Shown here: one piece after another, positions 24,642 to 33,309 of the stretch | Layout: each line of letters begins with the position of its first letter | Position numbering within the stretch: position 1 is the first letter of the stretch | NCBI GenBank assembly: GCA_028817015.1 | Contig: JAPPQJ010000193.1 | Coordinates: forward strand, 1-42,138 | Length of the DNA stretch: 42,138 nt | Direction of reading: 5' to 3' | Origin: Gammaproteobacteria bacterium | GTDB lineage: Bacteria; Pseudomonadota; Gammaproteobacteria; Arenicellales; Poriferihabitantaceae | Program-made: the position numbers and the translations under genes | Notes under the pieces: generated by a model | Seen by the model: the letters and a program-made list of their open reading frames with translations, nothing else | The model's database searches: none | Told to the model about the DNA's origin: nothing

Positions 24642-25481
24642 ATGCAAAACTGCGGCCAACGCCCCGCCTTTCGTTTTGTCGAGAACGACAGTCTTCAGTA
24701 CCATTTCTTCGCCAATGATATGGCGTTTTCGGTGCGTCTGGTATATCGGTCAAATATATGCGTACATGCGGCGTGGGTATACGACAACGGAATCCGCGAG
24801 ATCAACAAAAGCGACCAGGTGTGGACTCAAATGGGCGGCGATTGTCTGAACATTTGTTCGGATATCATGGAAATTCGCGATGAAGACGGGGAGATCATAG
24901 TTATATGCCGCGACAAAAGCGGCGGAAAAAGTTTTACCGCTCGCGTGCGCCCGATTCATGTGCTGGCATGGAAGGACACGTTTGATGAAGATGCCAATGA
25001 TGAAGTACTGCACCTTCCCGATCTCAAAGGGACGCTGGAGTATAAGGGCGAAATTTTTCCCGCTTGCGGTTATTGTAAACACGTTGAATGGCGTCAAGCG
25101 CCCCGCTACACGGGCTATCGGTTCCTTCACGGGATTCTTGACGGTGGAGAGTGCGCGCTTTGGTCCGCGGACGCGGTGTTTGGGTATAAAAAATACGACT
25201 ATTTTAAGATGATTCAACCTGACGGCGCCATTGCGGTTGCCGATGGCGAACTTTCTTCACACAAGCAGCATACGATCTATGCGAAGATTGGCTCCCGGGA
25301 GATCCAAGTGGAATTCGCGGAAATGGGGGCCTGGCAGCTGCCTTTGGTGGGGCCGGAAATCGATATGGTAATTCAACAACGCTACGGCAGAATCTCTTAT
25401 CGTGAAGGCTCGATCAGCAAGTCCGGGGTTGCCGTCACCGAGTATGGCTTTGGGAAGTTTTCCAACGCCCCGTTACCTTAA
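24642..25481 (+). CDS. Hypothetical protein (279 aa), predicted cytoplasmic and beta-rich; no family recognised
   Basis: It is a clean ORF, 55 nt after the last ABC gene, on the same strand, with GGGGAA upstream. It has no signal peptide or TM segment and contains 9 Cys. I cannot assign a family from memory. Confidence 0.7.
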   Translation: MQNCGQRPAFRFVENDSLQYHFFANDMAFSVRLVYRSNICVHAAWVYDNGIREINKSDQVWTQMGGDCLNICSDIMEIRDEDGEIIVICRDKSGGKSFTARVRPIHVLAWKDTFDEDANDEVLHLPDLKGTLEYKGEIFPACGYCKHVEWRQAPRYTGYRFLHGILDGGECALWSADAVFGYKKYDYFKMIQPDGAIAVADGELSSHKQHTIYAKIGSREIQVEFAEMGAWQLPLVGPEIDMVIQQRYGRISYREGSISKSGVAVTEYGFGKFSNAPLP

Positions 25482-25629
25482 CTCCTCAGGCGAAGCGATG
25501 AAGCGCCCGAAGGGCGGGCAAGAGCGGCCTTCGTAACTTCCCCCGTTGCCATGCCGCCGCGCATGAGCCGGTTTTTTGCGGGGCGATTCCAATCCGGACC
25601 GAAAGTTAACCGCATAACGAGCACCGCAC

Positions 25630-26022
25630 ATGCAAATCAGCCACCTCGACCATCTCGTCCTGACCGTCGAAAACCTTGAACAAACCGTCGATTTCTACAC
25701 CCGCGCGCTCGGCATGCGCAAGGAGGTGTTTGGCGGGGGGCGCGTGGCGCTGAGATTCGGCGCACAGAAAATCAACCTCCACTTGAAGGGGGAAGAATTC
25801 ACCCCGCACGCGCAATCGCCGGCCCCGGGCAGCGCTGACCTCTGCTTCATCGCCGATTGCTCCATCGAGGACATCATCGGCAGCCTGGAACAAAAAGGCG
25901 TGCGCATTGAGTTGGGCCCGGTGGCGCGCACCGGCGCGGCCGGCGCCATGGAGTCGGTCTACACCCGCGACCCGGACATGAACCTCATCGAAATCGCCAC
26001 TTACCGTGCGCCGGACGCCTGA
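25630..26022 (+). CDS. VOC-family (glyoxalase / bleomycin-resistance / dioxygenase fold) protein
   Basis: The ORF is 130 aa. It reads MQISHLDHLVLTVENLEQTVDFYTRALGM...DLCFI...YTRDPDMNLIEI, which is the typical VOC pattern. It is the first gene in the high-GC part. Confidence 0.85.
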   Translation: MQISHLDHLVLTVENLEQTVDFYTRALGMRKEVFGGGRVALRFGAQKINLHLKGEEFTPHAQSPAPGSADLCFIADCSIEDIIGSLEQKGVRIELGPVARTGAAGAMESVYTRDPDMNLIEIATYRAPDA

Positions 26023-26112
26023 CCCCTCGGGGAAAGCCCCGGCCGCATCCGTGGCGTGCGGCGCTGCCGTCGATGGAGTCGCGTGCCCGGCTCGGGTTGG
26101 CTGTAATATCCT

Positions 26113-26126
26113 TTATTGATCAATAA
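26113..26126. promoter_or_regulatory. Perfect 14-bp palindrome TTATTGATCAATAA upstream of the high-GC TRAP operon; candidate operator
   Basis: It has perfect dyad symmetry. It lies in a short AT-rich island inside DNA of about 67% GC, 105 nt upstream of the dctP-type start. Confidence 0.35.
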
Positions 26127-26162
26127 GTTAGTTTCTATTCCGCTGAGTTTTCAGGGCGGCTA

Positions 26163-26206
26163 TTGACAAAAGCCCAACAGCGTGTTAATTTTTTGGAACA
26201 TTCCAA
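26163..26206 (+). promoter_or_regulatory. Sigma-70-like promoter (TTGACA-17 nt-TAATTT) followed immediately by the palindrome TTGGAACATTCCAA
   Basis: TTGACA is at 26163-26168 and TAATTT at 26186-26191, with a 17-nt spacer. The 6+2+6 palindrome at 26193-26206 would cover the predicted transcription start, which is a typical repressor position. Confidence 0.4.
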
Positions 26207-26230
26207 TCATCGACTCGGAGGAATAGAACC

Positions 26231-27214
26231 GTGCAAAACAGAAAGAACCGTTTTTTAGGCGCTGTGTTAGCCGTTTCGCTGTTGGCTGTGCCGCCGCTGG
26301 CGCTGGCCAAAGAACTGGTGGCCGGACTGGTCGGCCCGGTCACCACGGCCCAGGGGCAGGGGCTTTCGAAATTCGCCGAACGCGTGTCGGCGCTGAGTAA
26401 CGGCGAGTTGACCGTCAGGATTTTCCCCGACGGGCAACTGGGCGGCAACAGTGACGCCTTTGAACTCATCCAGGACGGGCAAATGGACCTTTTCCCGATG
26501 ACCCCCGGCAACATGGCCGAATTCGTGCCGCAGATTCAGGCGCTGGTGGTGCCTTTCGTGTTCCGGGATTTTGACCATTGGAAGGCGGTGACCTCGGGCC
26601 CCGTCGCCAGGCAACTGTCCGACCAGGCGGCCGATAAAGCGGGGGTTATGATTCTCGGTTATTTCGGCGGCTCGGTCCGCAATCTGGTGAGCAGGAAGCC
26701 CGTCGCTTCGCTGGATGACCTGAAGTATCTGCGCATCCGCCTGCACCCGAGCGAGGTGCAGATTAAGGCCTGGAGCGCGCTCGGCATCCTGCCGACGGTG
26801 ATTTCATACGGCGAAATCTACAACGCCCTCCAACTCGATGTCATCGACGGCCTTGAAAACGAGCCCGAGTGGGTGCTGCGCATGAAATTTTATGAGCAGG
26901 CTAAAACCTATGCGCTGACCGAGCACGAAATCGTCACGCGCCCGCTGATTTTCTCAAAGAAAACCTTCGATTCGCTGACCCCGGCGCAGCGCTCCGCGGT
27001 GCTCGAGGCGGGCGCCGAGGCCGCGGAATTCCAGCACAACCTCGAACACAAACTGGACGCCGAATCGCGCGCGCAACTGGCCGACTCGCACGGCGTGACG
27101 CTGGTCAACATCGACAAAAACAAAATGCGCTCGCTGGTTGACGAAGCCCTCAAGCCGGTGATTGAAAAGCAGGGCCTGCGCCAAATTGTCGAGCAAATCG
27201 CCTCCACCCGGTAA
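26231..27214 (+). CDS. TRAP transporter substrate-binding protein (DctP family)
   Basis: The start is a GTG after GGAGGA. The signal peptide is VQNRKNRFLGAVLAVSLLAVPPLALA. DctP-like blocks are present, including YFGGSVRNLVS, which holds the Arg at the position of the carboxylate-binding Arg in this family. Confidence 0.9.
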   Translation: MQNRKNRFLGAVLAVSLLAVPPLALAKELVAGLVGPVTTAQGQGLSKFAERVSALSNGELTVRIFPDGQLGGNSDAFELIQDGQMDLFPMTPGNMAEFVPQIQALVVPFVFRDFDHWKAVTSGPVARQLSDQAADKAGVMILGYFGGSVRNLVSRKPVASLDDLKYLRIRLHPSEVQIKAWSALGILPTVISYGEIYNALQLDVIDGLENEPEWVLRMKFYEQAKTYALTEHEIVTRPLIFSKKTFDSLTPAQRSAVLEAGAEAAEFQHNLEHKLDAESRAQLADSHGVTLVNIDKNKMRSLVDEALKPVIEKQGLRQIVEQIASTR

Positions 27215-27308
27215 CCGCCCGTCTGCGCTTTGCCGGCGCAACGCAAGGCGCGGTTATACCGGAGGCGGCGCACGACAACCGCATCCCCGGTTCGCCGATT
27301 TCAATAAA

Positions 27309-27857
27309 ATGACCGCGGCACCAACACAGCGAACGCCCCTCATCGGGCGGTTGCGGCGGATGGTCGAGTGGGTTCTGGCGGGATTGCTGTCGGCGCTGTC
27401 GTTGCTGGTTTTTTACCAGGTGCTGGCGCGGTATATCCCGGCGATTCCCTCGCTGTTGTGGACCGAGGAAATTGCGCGGGGACTCCTGCTGTGGCTGGTG
27501 TTGCTCGGCGCCGGAGTGGGGGTCGTCGAACAGTCGCATTTTCAACTTTCAATCCTGCTGCGAAAAACCGGGCCCTGGTTGCATCGTTTAGTGTATTTTC
27601 TGATTCTGGTCAGCGGCGTCTATCTCACCGTTTCCGCGTTCGCCTTGTCGCAAAAGGGAACCGGGCGCGTGTCGCTGGTCACGGGTCTGCCGGCCGTCTG
27701 GGTTTATCTCGCGTTGTTGTGCGGCGGCGTGCTGATCGTTTGCGGGTCGGTCGCTGTGCTGACAAAAACCCCGCGGCCTCCCTCCAGTCAGCCGGCCCGC
27801 GGGGAAGGAGAACCGGGCGGCCGGCACCACCCGCGCAATCCGGCGAGGCATCCATGA
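27309..27857 (+). CDS. TRAP transporter small permease (DctQ family)
   Basis: The start is trimmed to the ATG at 27309 (MTAAPTQRTPLIGRLRRMVEWVLAGLLSALSLLVFYQVLARY). It has four hydrophobic segments. The stop overlaps the next start (ATGA at 27854-27857). Confidence 0.8.
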   Translation: MTAAPTQRTPLIGRLRRMVEWVLAGLLSALSLLVFYQVLARYIPAIPSLLWTEEIARGLLLWLVLLGAGVGVVEQSHFQLSILLRKTGPWLHRLVYFLILVSGVYLTVSAFALSQKGTGRVSLVTGLPAVWVYLALLCGGVLIVCGSVAVLTKTPRPPSSQPARGEGEPGGRHHPRNPARHP

Positions 27858-29137
27858 TTCCGGAGCCGGTTGCGTGGATGCTGCTGATGTTGATGGCGTG
27901 CATCGTCATGGGGGTGCCGATTGCGTTTTCCCTGATATTATCCACGCTCCCGCCGTTGCTCATGGAGCCGCGTTTCAATGAAATTCTGCTGGCGCAGCGA
28001 ATCTACAAAGGGCTCGACAGTTTCGTGTTGTTGGCGGTGCCGTTTTTTCTGCTGGCCGGAAACCTCATGAACGCATGCGGAGTCACCGACCGGCTCATCC
28101 GCTTTGCGGATGCCTGCGTGGGCCACCTGCGCGGCGGTCTGGCGCATGTCAATGTGATGGTGAGCATGCTGTTCGCCGGCGTTTCCGGGTCCTCGACCGC
28201 CGACACCGCGGGGGTCGGCTCGGTTCTCATTCCGGCCATGAAGCAAAAGGGATTCCGCGCATCGTTTGCGGTTTCGGTCACCGCTTCCTCATCGGTGATG
28301 GGCGTCATCATTCCGCCGAGCATCATCCTGGTGGTGTGGGGCGCCGTGACCAATGTCTCGGTGGCGCGATTGTTCGCCGGCGGCATCCTCCCGGGAATCC
28401 TGATCGGGGTGTCGCAAATGGGATATGTGTCGTGGAAATCCCGGCGGGACGGCATGCAACCCCGGCCCAAAGCGGATTTCGGCGCCCGGAAAAGCGCGCT
28501 CTACTCGGCGTCTCCGGCGATGCTGATGCCGCTGATTATCCTCGGCGGCGTGACTTTCGGCATTGCCACCCCCACCGAAGCGTCGATTATCGCGGTTGCA
28601 TATGCGCTGCTGTTGGGCGCCGTTGTTTACCGGAAATTGTCGTTTCGCATGCTGCTAACGGAGTTGGTCAGCAGTTCCAAACTGGTCGCGTTGTCGCTGT
28701 TCTGCTTGGGGTCGGCGGCGCTTTTTGGCTGGCTTCTCGCGTATTACGGCGTGCCCGGGGCGCTGACCGAGGCGGCGTCGCTTGCGCCAAACGCCACGAC
28801 TTTGTTGTTTTCAATCGCCCTGGTGTGTTTAATTCTGGGGATGATTCTCGACGCGCTGGTTATCGCGGTGATCATCGGCCCGCTGTTCATGCCGGCGGTA
28901 CTGGCCGCCGGAATCGACCCGGTGCACTACGGCATCGTCGCCTGCATTGCGCTGTCGCTGGGCCTGATAACGCCGCCTTACGGCCTGTGCCTGTTGCTCG
29001 CCTCGGCCATCGGCGGCATTGAAATGCACGACGCCCTCGGCGACACCATGCGAATTTTTCTGGTCACTTTGACGGTATTGATAGCGGCCATTTTAGCGCC
29101 CGGCCTGACCACCTTCCTCGCCGCGTTGGTCATTTAA
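27854..29137 (+). CDS. TRAP transporter large permease (DctM family)
   Basis: The start is trimmed to the ATG at 27854 (MIPEPVAWMLLMLMACIVMGVPIAFSL). It has VPFFLLAGNLMNACGVTDRLI, typical of DctM. The ORF-track N-terminal extension to 27368 runs through dctQ in another frame. Confidence 0.9.
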   Translation: MIPEPVAWMLLMLMACIVMGVPIAFSLILSTLPPLLMEPRFNEILLAQRIYKGLDSFVLLAVPFFLLAGNLMNACGVTDRLIRFADACVGHLRGGLAHVNVMVSMLFAGVSGSSTADTAGVGSVLIPAMKQKGFRASFAVSVTASSSVMGVIIPPSIILVVWGAVTNVSVARLFAGGILPGILIGVSQMGYVSWKSRRDGMQPRPKADFGARKSALYSASPAMLMPLIILGGVTFGIATPTEASIIAVAYALLLGAVVYRKLSFRMLLTELVSSSKLVALSLFCLGSAALFGWLLAYYGVPGALTEAASLAPNATTLLFSIALVCLILGMILDALVIAVIIGPLFMPAVLAAGIDPVHYGIVACIALSLGLITPPYGLCLLLASAIGGIEMHDALGDTMRIFLVTLTVLIAAILAPGLTTFLAALVI

Positions 29138-29153
29138 GGGGCGAGATTCGGCG

Positions 29154-30191
29154 GTGGCGGTCAATACGGCAAAAAAGCGGGCCACGGTCATCGATGTCGC
29201 GCGCCTGGCGCGGGTGTCAAAATCCACCGTGTCGTTGGCCCTGAAAAACAGTGAACTGCTGCGCAAGGAAACGCGGTGGCGCGTGCACCAGGCGGCGGAC
29301 CAACTCGGCTATGTCCGCAACCGCTCGGCCGCCCGTTTGCGCGGCGCATCGACCGACATCATCGGCATGGTCATCAACGATTTGGGCAACCCGTTTTTTG
29401 CCGAGATGGCGGTCGGCATCGAACGGGCGTGCCGCCGCGCCGATGTGACGCCGTTTATCGCCAATGTCACCGAGGACGTCGAGCGCCAGCGCAGCGCCAT
29501 GCGCTCCATGGTGGAGCGCGGGGTGGCCGGGCTGATCATCTCGGCCGCGCGCGGCACGACCGCCGACGACTTGTCGACGGTCATGGGTTGGGGGGTGCCG
29601 GTCATCCTGGTGATGCGCGAAATTCCCGGCGCCGGCCTGCCGACCATCGTGCCGCAAAACAAAGCGGGCGCCGAACTCGCCGTCCATCATTTGATTTCCC
29701 TGGGACACCGCCGCATCGCGCTGGTCGGCGGAGTGCGCGGCGAACCGGCCTATCAGGCGCGACTCGCGGGCTGGAAAAACGCGCTTAAGCGCGCCGGCCT
29801 GCCAACCGGCAAAAACCTGATTTTCACCGGCCCGGTGACTCGCGAAGGCGGCGCCCGCGCGCTTGGCCGCGCCCTCGACTGCGCGTTGGCGCGGCCGAGT
29901 GCGGCGCTGTGCTTCAACGACATCGTGGCCATCGGCGGCGTCCAGGAATTGTGGAGGCGCGGCATGACCGCCGGGGAGCACTTCGCCATGGTTGGATTCG
30001 ACGATGTCGCGCACGGCCGGATGACCACCCCCGAACTGACCACGGTGTCGGTCGACTCAGCGGCCATCGGGGAAAAAGCGGTGGAAACCCTGCTGCAAAA
30101 CATCGGCGGCGGCAGGTTCACCGGCACCATTAGAACCCCCGTGGCGCTGGCGGTTCGGCAAACCTGCGCGCAGGCGCGCCCGGCGCCGTGA
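29154..30191 (+). CDS. LacI-family transcriptional regulator
   Basis: The HTH reads ATVIDVARLARVSKSTVSLALKNS, and a periplasmic-binding-protein-like effector domain follows (ALCFNDIVAIGG, GFDD). It lies 16 nt after dctM and 7 nt before the CoA-transferase gene. Confidence 0.9.
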   Translation: MAVNTAKKRATVIDVARLARVSKSTVSLALKNSELLRKETRWRVHQAADQLGYVRNRSAARLRGASTDIIGMVINDLGNPFFAEMAVGIERACRRADVTPFIANVTEDVERQRSAMRSMVERGVAGLIISAARGTTADDLSTVMGWGVPVILVMREIPGAGLPTIVPQNKAGAELAVHHLISLGHRRIALVGGVRGEPAYQARLAGWKNALKRAGLPTGKNLIFTGPVTREGGARALGRALDCALARPSAALCFNDIVAIGGVQELWRRGMTAGEHFAMVGFDDVAHGRMTTPELTTVSVDSAAIGEKAVETLLQNIGGGRFTGTIRTPVALAVRQTCAQARPAP

Positions 30192-30198
30192 CCGCCAC

Positions 30199-31785
30199 AT
30201 GACCGCCAGGTTGATTTCCGCACCGGAAGCCGCGCGCTTGATCAGCGACAACGCGGTGGTCACGGTGTCCTCGTCCAGCGGCCTGGGCTGCCCGGATGCG
30301 GTGCTGGAGGCGATTGGCGCGCGCTTTCGCGCCGAGGCATCGCCGGCCAACTTGACCACCCTGCACCCGATTGCCGCCGGCGACAGCAGCGGCATCAAGG
30401 GCATCGACCATTTGGCGCACCCCGGCCTGCTGGCAACCACCATTTGCGGCTCCTACCCGTCGGCGCCGTCCTCGGCGCCGGCGCCGCGCATCTGGGAAAT
30501 GATCGAGAACGACCGCGTGGCCGCCTACAATGTGCCGTCCGGCGTGCTGTTTGACATGCACCGCGAGGCGGCGGCCAAACGCCCCGGCGTGCTTACCCGG
30601 GTCGGCGTCGACACCTTCGTCGACCCGGCGCGTGAGGGGTGCGCGATGAACCCTTCCGCGGCTGAAAAGCCCATCGTGCGCCGCGTGGAATTCGACGGCC
30701 GCGAGTGGCTGTATTTCCCGGCAATCGTGCCGGATGTCGCGATTATCCGCGCCACCAGCGCCGACGAGCGCGGCAACTTAAGTTATGAGCACGAAGGCGC
30801 GTATTTGGGCGCGCTGGAGCAGGCGCTGGCGGCGCGCAACAACGGCGGCACCGTCATCGCCCAGGTGAAGCGCGCGGTTGCATCCGGCCGGCCACCCTGT
30901 CAGGTGCACATCCCCGGCATCCTGGTCGACCACATCGTGGTGGCGCCGCAACAGATGCAGACCACCCAGACCGGCTACGATGCGGCGATTTCCGGGGAAA
31001 TCCGCCGGCCGCTGGACGATTTCTCGCGAGTTGAATTCGGCCTGCCCAAGGTGATTGCGCGGCGCGTGGCCATGGAGTTGCGAGCCGGGACCGCGGTCAA
31101 CATCGGCTTCGGGGTGTCCGCCAATGTGCCGCGCATCCTGCTCGAAGAGGGCCTGCACGGCGCCGTGACCTGGGTCATCGAACAGGGCGCGGTGGGCGGC
31201 ATCCCGCTGCTGGGTTTCAAGTTTGGCTGCGCCTCCAACGCCGAGGCGTTCGTCCCTTCCCCGCAGCAGTTCTGTTATTTTCAGGGCGGCGGATTCGACG
31301 CCTCGCTGCTGTCGTTTCTGCAAATCGACCGCAGCGGCTCGGTCAATGTCTCGAAGTTGCGCGCGCGCCCGCATGTGACGGCCGGCGCCGGCGGCTTCGT
31401 CGATATCACCGTGCGCGCGCGCCGCATCGTTTTTTCCGGCTTGTTCAATGTCGGCGCCAGCATGGTCATCGACAACGGCCGATTAAGCATCGAGCGCGAA
31501 GGCAAAGCCGCCAAATTGGTCGAGGCGGTTGACCAGGTTTCGTTTTCCGGGCGCCGCGCCGTCGCCCGCGGCCAGCGGGTCACTTACATAACCGAAAGAT
31601 GCGTGATGCAATTAACCCCGAACGGCCTTAAGGTCACCGAAATCGCCCCCGGAATCGACCTGCAGCGCGACATTCTTGCCCACATTCCCTTTGCGGTCGA
31701 GGTGGCCGGCGACTTGAGGACCATGGCGCGCCAGTTGTTCCTGCCCGAGTCGATGGGCCTGCGACTGGAAGGCCGCGATGGGTGA
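30199..31785 (+). CDS. Family-I acyl-CoA:carboxylate CoA-transferase, fused alpha/beta type (YdiF / acetate CoA-transferase-like)
   Basis: The ORF is 528 aa. Matching blocks are ISAPEAARLISDNAVVTVSSSSGLGCPDAVLEAIGARF, VAIIRATSADERGNLSYEHEG and VIEQGAVGGIP. Confidence 0.85.
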   Translation: MTARLISAPEAARLISDNAVVTVSSSSGLGCPDAVLEAIGARFRAEASPANLTTLHPIAAGDSSGIKGIDHLAHPGLLATTICGSYPSAPSSAPAPRIWEMIENDRVAAYNVPSGVLFDMHREAAAKRPGVLTRVGVDTFVDPAREGCAMNPSAAEKPIVRRVEFDGREWLYFPAIVPDVAIIRATSADERGNLSYEHEGAYLGALEQALAARNNGGTVIAQVKRAVASGRPPCQVHIPGILVDHIVVAPQQMQTTQTGYDAAISGEIRRPLDDFSRVEFGLPKVIARRVAMELRAGTAVNIGFGVSANVPRILLEEGLHGAVTWVIEQGAVGGIPLLGFKFGCASNAEAFVPSPQQFCYFQGGGFDASLLSFLQIDRSGSVNVSKLRARPHVTAGAGGFVDITVRARRIVFSGLFNVGASMVIDNGRLSIEREGKAAKLVEAVDQVSFSGRRAVARGQRVTYITERCVMQLTPNGLKVTEIAPGIDLQRDILAHIPFAVEVAGDLRTMARQLFLPESMGLRLEGRDG

Positions 31786-32545
31786 GGTGCGCGTCCAGTG
31801 CGGCGGGGCGCTGGCGGTCATTCGCCTGTGCCGCCCGGCCACCCTGAACGCCCTCGACCGCGGCATGCTGGACGGGCTGGATGCGGCGCTGCGCCAAGTC
31901 GAGGAATCCGACGCCGGGGTGGTCATCGTCACCGGCGAGGGCAAGTGTTTTTGTTCGGGCGGAGACATCGCGGCGTGGTCGAAGTTGGCGCCGGACGATT
32001 TTGCCCACCGCTGGATTCGACACGGCCACCGCATCTTCGACCGCCTCGCCCGGTTGCGCCCGGCGGCCATCGCCGCCATCAACGGGCACGCGATGGGCGG
32101 CGGGCTGGAATTGGCCGCAGCGTGCGACTTTCGGGTGATGGAAGAACAGGCGCGGTTGAGTCTCCCGGAAACTGCGTTAGGCATGGTGCCGGGCTGGTCG
32201 GGGACGCAGCGGCTGGTGCGGCGTTTCGGCGCGCAGGCGGTGCGGCGCATGGCCCTGGCCGGAGAATCATTCGGCGCCCGAGACGCCCTCGAGCGCGGCC
32301 TGGTTGACCGCGTGGCGCCCGGCGGCGGCGGCCTGAAAGCCGCCGAGGCATTGGCCCGCGACATCCTCGCCCGCGGCCCGGTTGCGGTGCAGACCGCCAA
32401 GTTGATGTTGGCCGTGGCCGAAGGCGAATCGGCGGCCAGCGCGACCGAGGCCCTGGCCGGTGCGGCCATCGCCGCCACCGCGGATGTGCGCGAAGGGGTC
32501 GCCGCTTTCGCCGGCAAGCGCGCGCCCCGGTTCAAGGGAAAATAA
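31778..32545 (+). CDS. Enoyl-CoA hydratase/isomerase (crotonase superfamily)
   Basis: The ORF is 255 aa. Matching blocks are RPATLNALD, GEGKCFCSGGDI, INGHAMGGGLELAAACDFRV and PETALGMVPGWSGTQRL. It overlaps the upstream gene by 8 nt. Confidence 0.88.
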   Translation: MGEVRVQCGGALAVIRLCRPATLNALDRGMLDGLDAALRQVEESDAGVVIVTGEGKCFCSGGDIAAWSKLAPDDFAHRWIRHGHRIFDRLARLRPAAIAAINGHAMGGGLELAAACDFRVMEEQARLSLPETALGMVPGWSGTQRLVRRFGAQAVRRMALAGESFGARDALERGLVDRVAPGGGGLKAAEALARDILARGPVAVQTAKLMLAVAEGESAASATEALAGAAIAATADVREGVAAFAGKRAPRFKGK

Positions 32546-32547
32546 CC

Positions 32548-33303
32548 GTGACCGGCCCGGTCGCCATCGTCACCGGCGCCGCGCGCGGCATCGGCTGCGC
32601 CATCGCCGGGGCGCTGGCGGCGCGCGGGTTTGCGGTGGCCGCCTGCGACATTGACCCGGCGGCGGGGGCGGCGGGGATTCGCCCGTTTGCGTTCGACCTG
32701 GCCGACCTCGATTCGCACCGCCGGATGGTCGAGCGCATCGCCGGCCGCTTTGGCCGCATCGACTGCGTGGTTCACAACGCCGGGGTTGGCGCGCGGGCGC
32801 GCGGCGATTTGCTCGACTTAAGCGCCGAGAATTTCGACTCCCTGATGCGCGTCAACCTGCGCGGGACGATATTTTTCAGCCAGGCCACGGCCAGATGGAT
32901 GCGCGCGCACCCGCCGCGCCACGACGAACCGCCCGGCCGGCCCGCCCCGCGCTGCCAGATTTTCATCACTTCGGTCAGCGCCACGATGGCCTCCCCGGAG
33001 CGCGCCGACTACTGCGTGTCCAAATCCGGCCTGTCGATGTGGGCCAAAGCCCTCGCCCTGCGCCTGGCCGGGGACGCCATCGCGGTTTTCGAGGTGCGCC
33101 CCGGCATCATTCGCACCGCCATGACCGAAGCGGCGGCCGACACGCATGCCGCCCGCATCGCGGCCGGGCGGGTGCCGGCCGGGCGGTGGGGCGAGCCCGA
33201 GGATGTGGCGCGCATTGTCGCGCAACTGGCCGGCGCCGATTTTGCCTTCGCCACCGGCTCGGTCATCCACGCGGACGGCGCGCTGTCGGTGGCGCGCTTG
33301 TAA
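32548..33303 (+). CDS. SDR-family oxidoreductase (3-oxoacyl / 3-hydroxyacyl reductase-like)
   Basis: The start is a GTG after AAGGGA. The Rossmann motif is TGAARGIGCAIA, followed by NAG and the catalytic Y-x3-K (YCVSK). Confidence 0.88.
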   Translation: MTGPVAIVTGAARGIGCAIAGALAARGFAVAACDIDPAAGAAGIRPFAFDLADLDSHRRMVERIAGRFGRIDCVVHNAGVGARARGDLLDLSAENFDSLMRVNLRGTIFFSQATARWMRAHPPRHDEPPGRPAPRCQIFITSVSATMASPERADYCVSKSGLSMWAKALALRLAGDAIAVFEVRPGIIRTAMTEAAADTHAARIAAGRVPAGRWGEPEDVARIVAQLAGADFAFATGSVIHADGALSVARL

Positions 33304-33309
33304 TCGCGC

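Noticed and set aside
25482-25629. Terminator or att site at the GC boundary. CGCCC-gaa-GGGCG lies at about 25504-25516, and CCGGTTTTTTGCGG lies further on.
   Set aside because: The stems are only 4-5 bp, and the T-run is not positioned after a convincing hairpin. No repeat of this sequence was seen elsewhere in the window. This is insufficient to call either feature.
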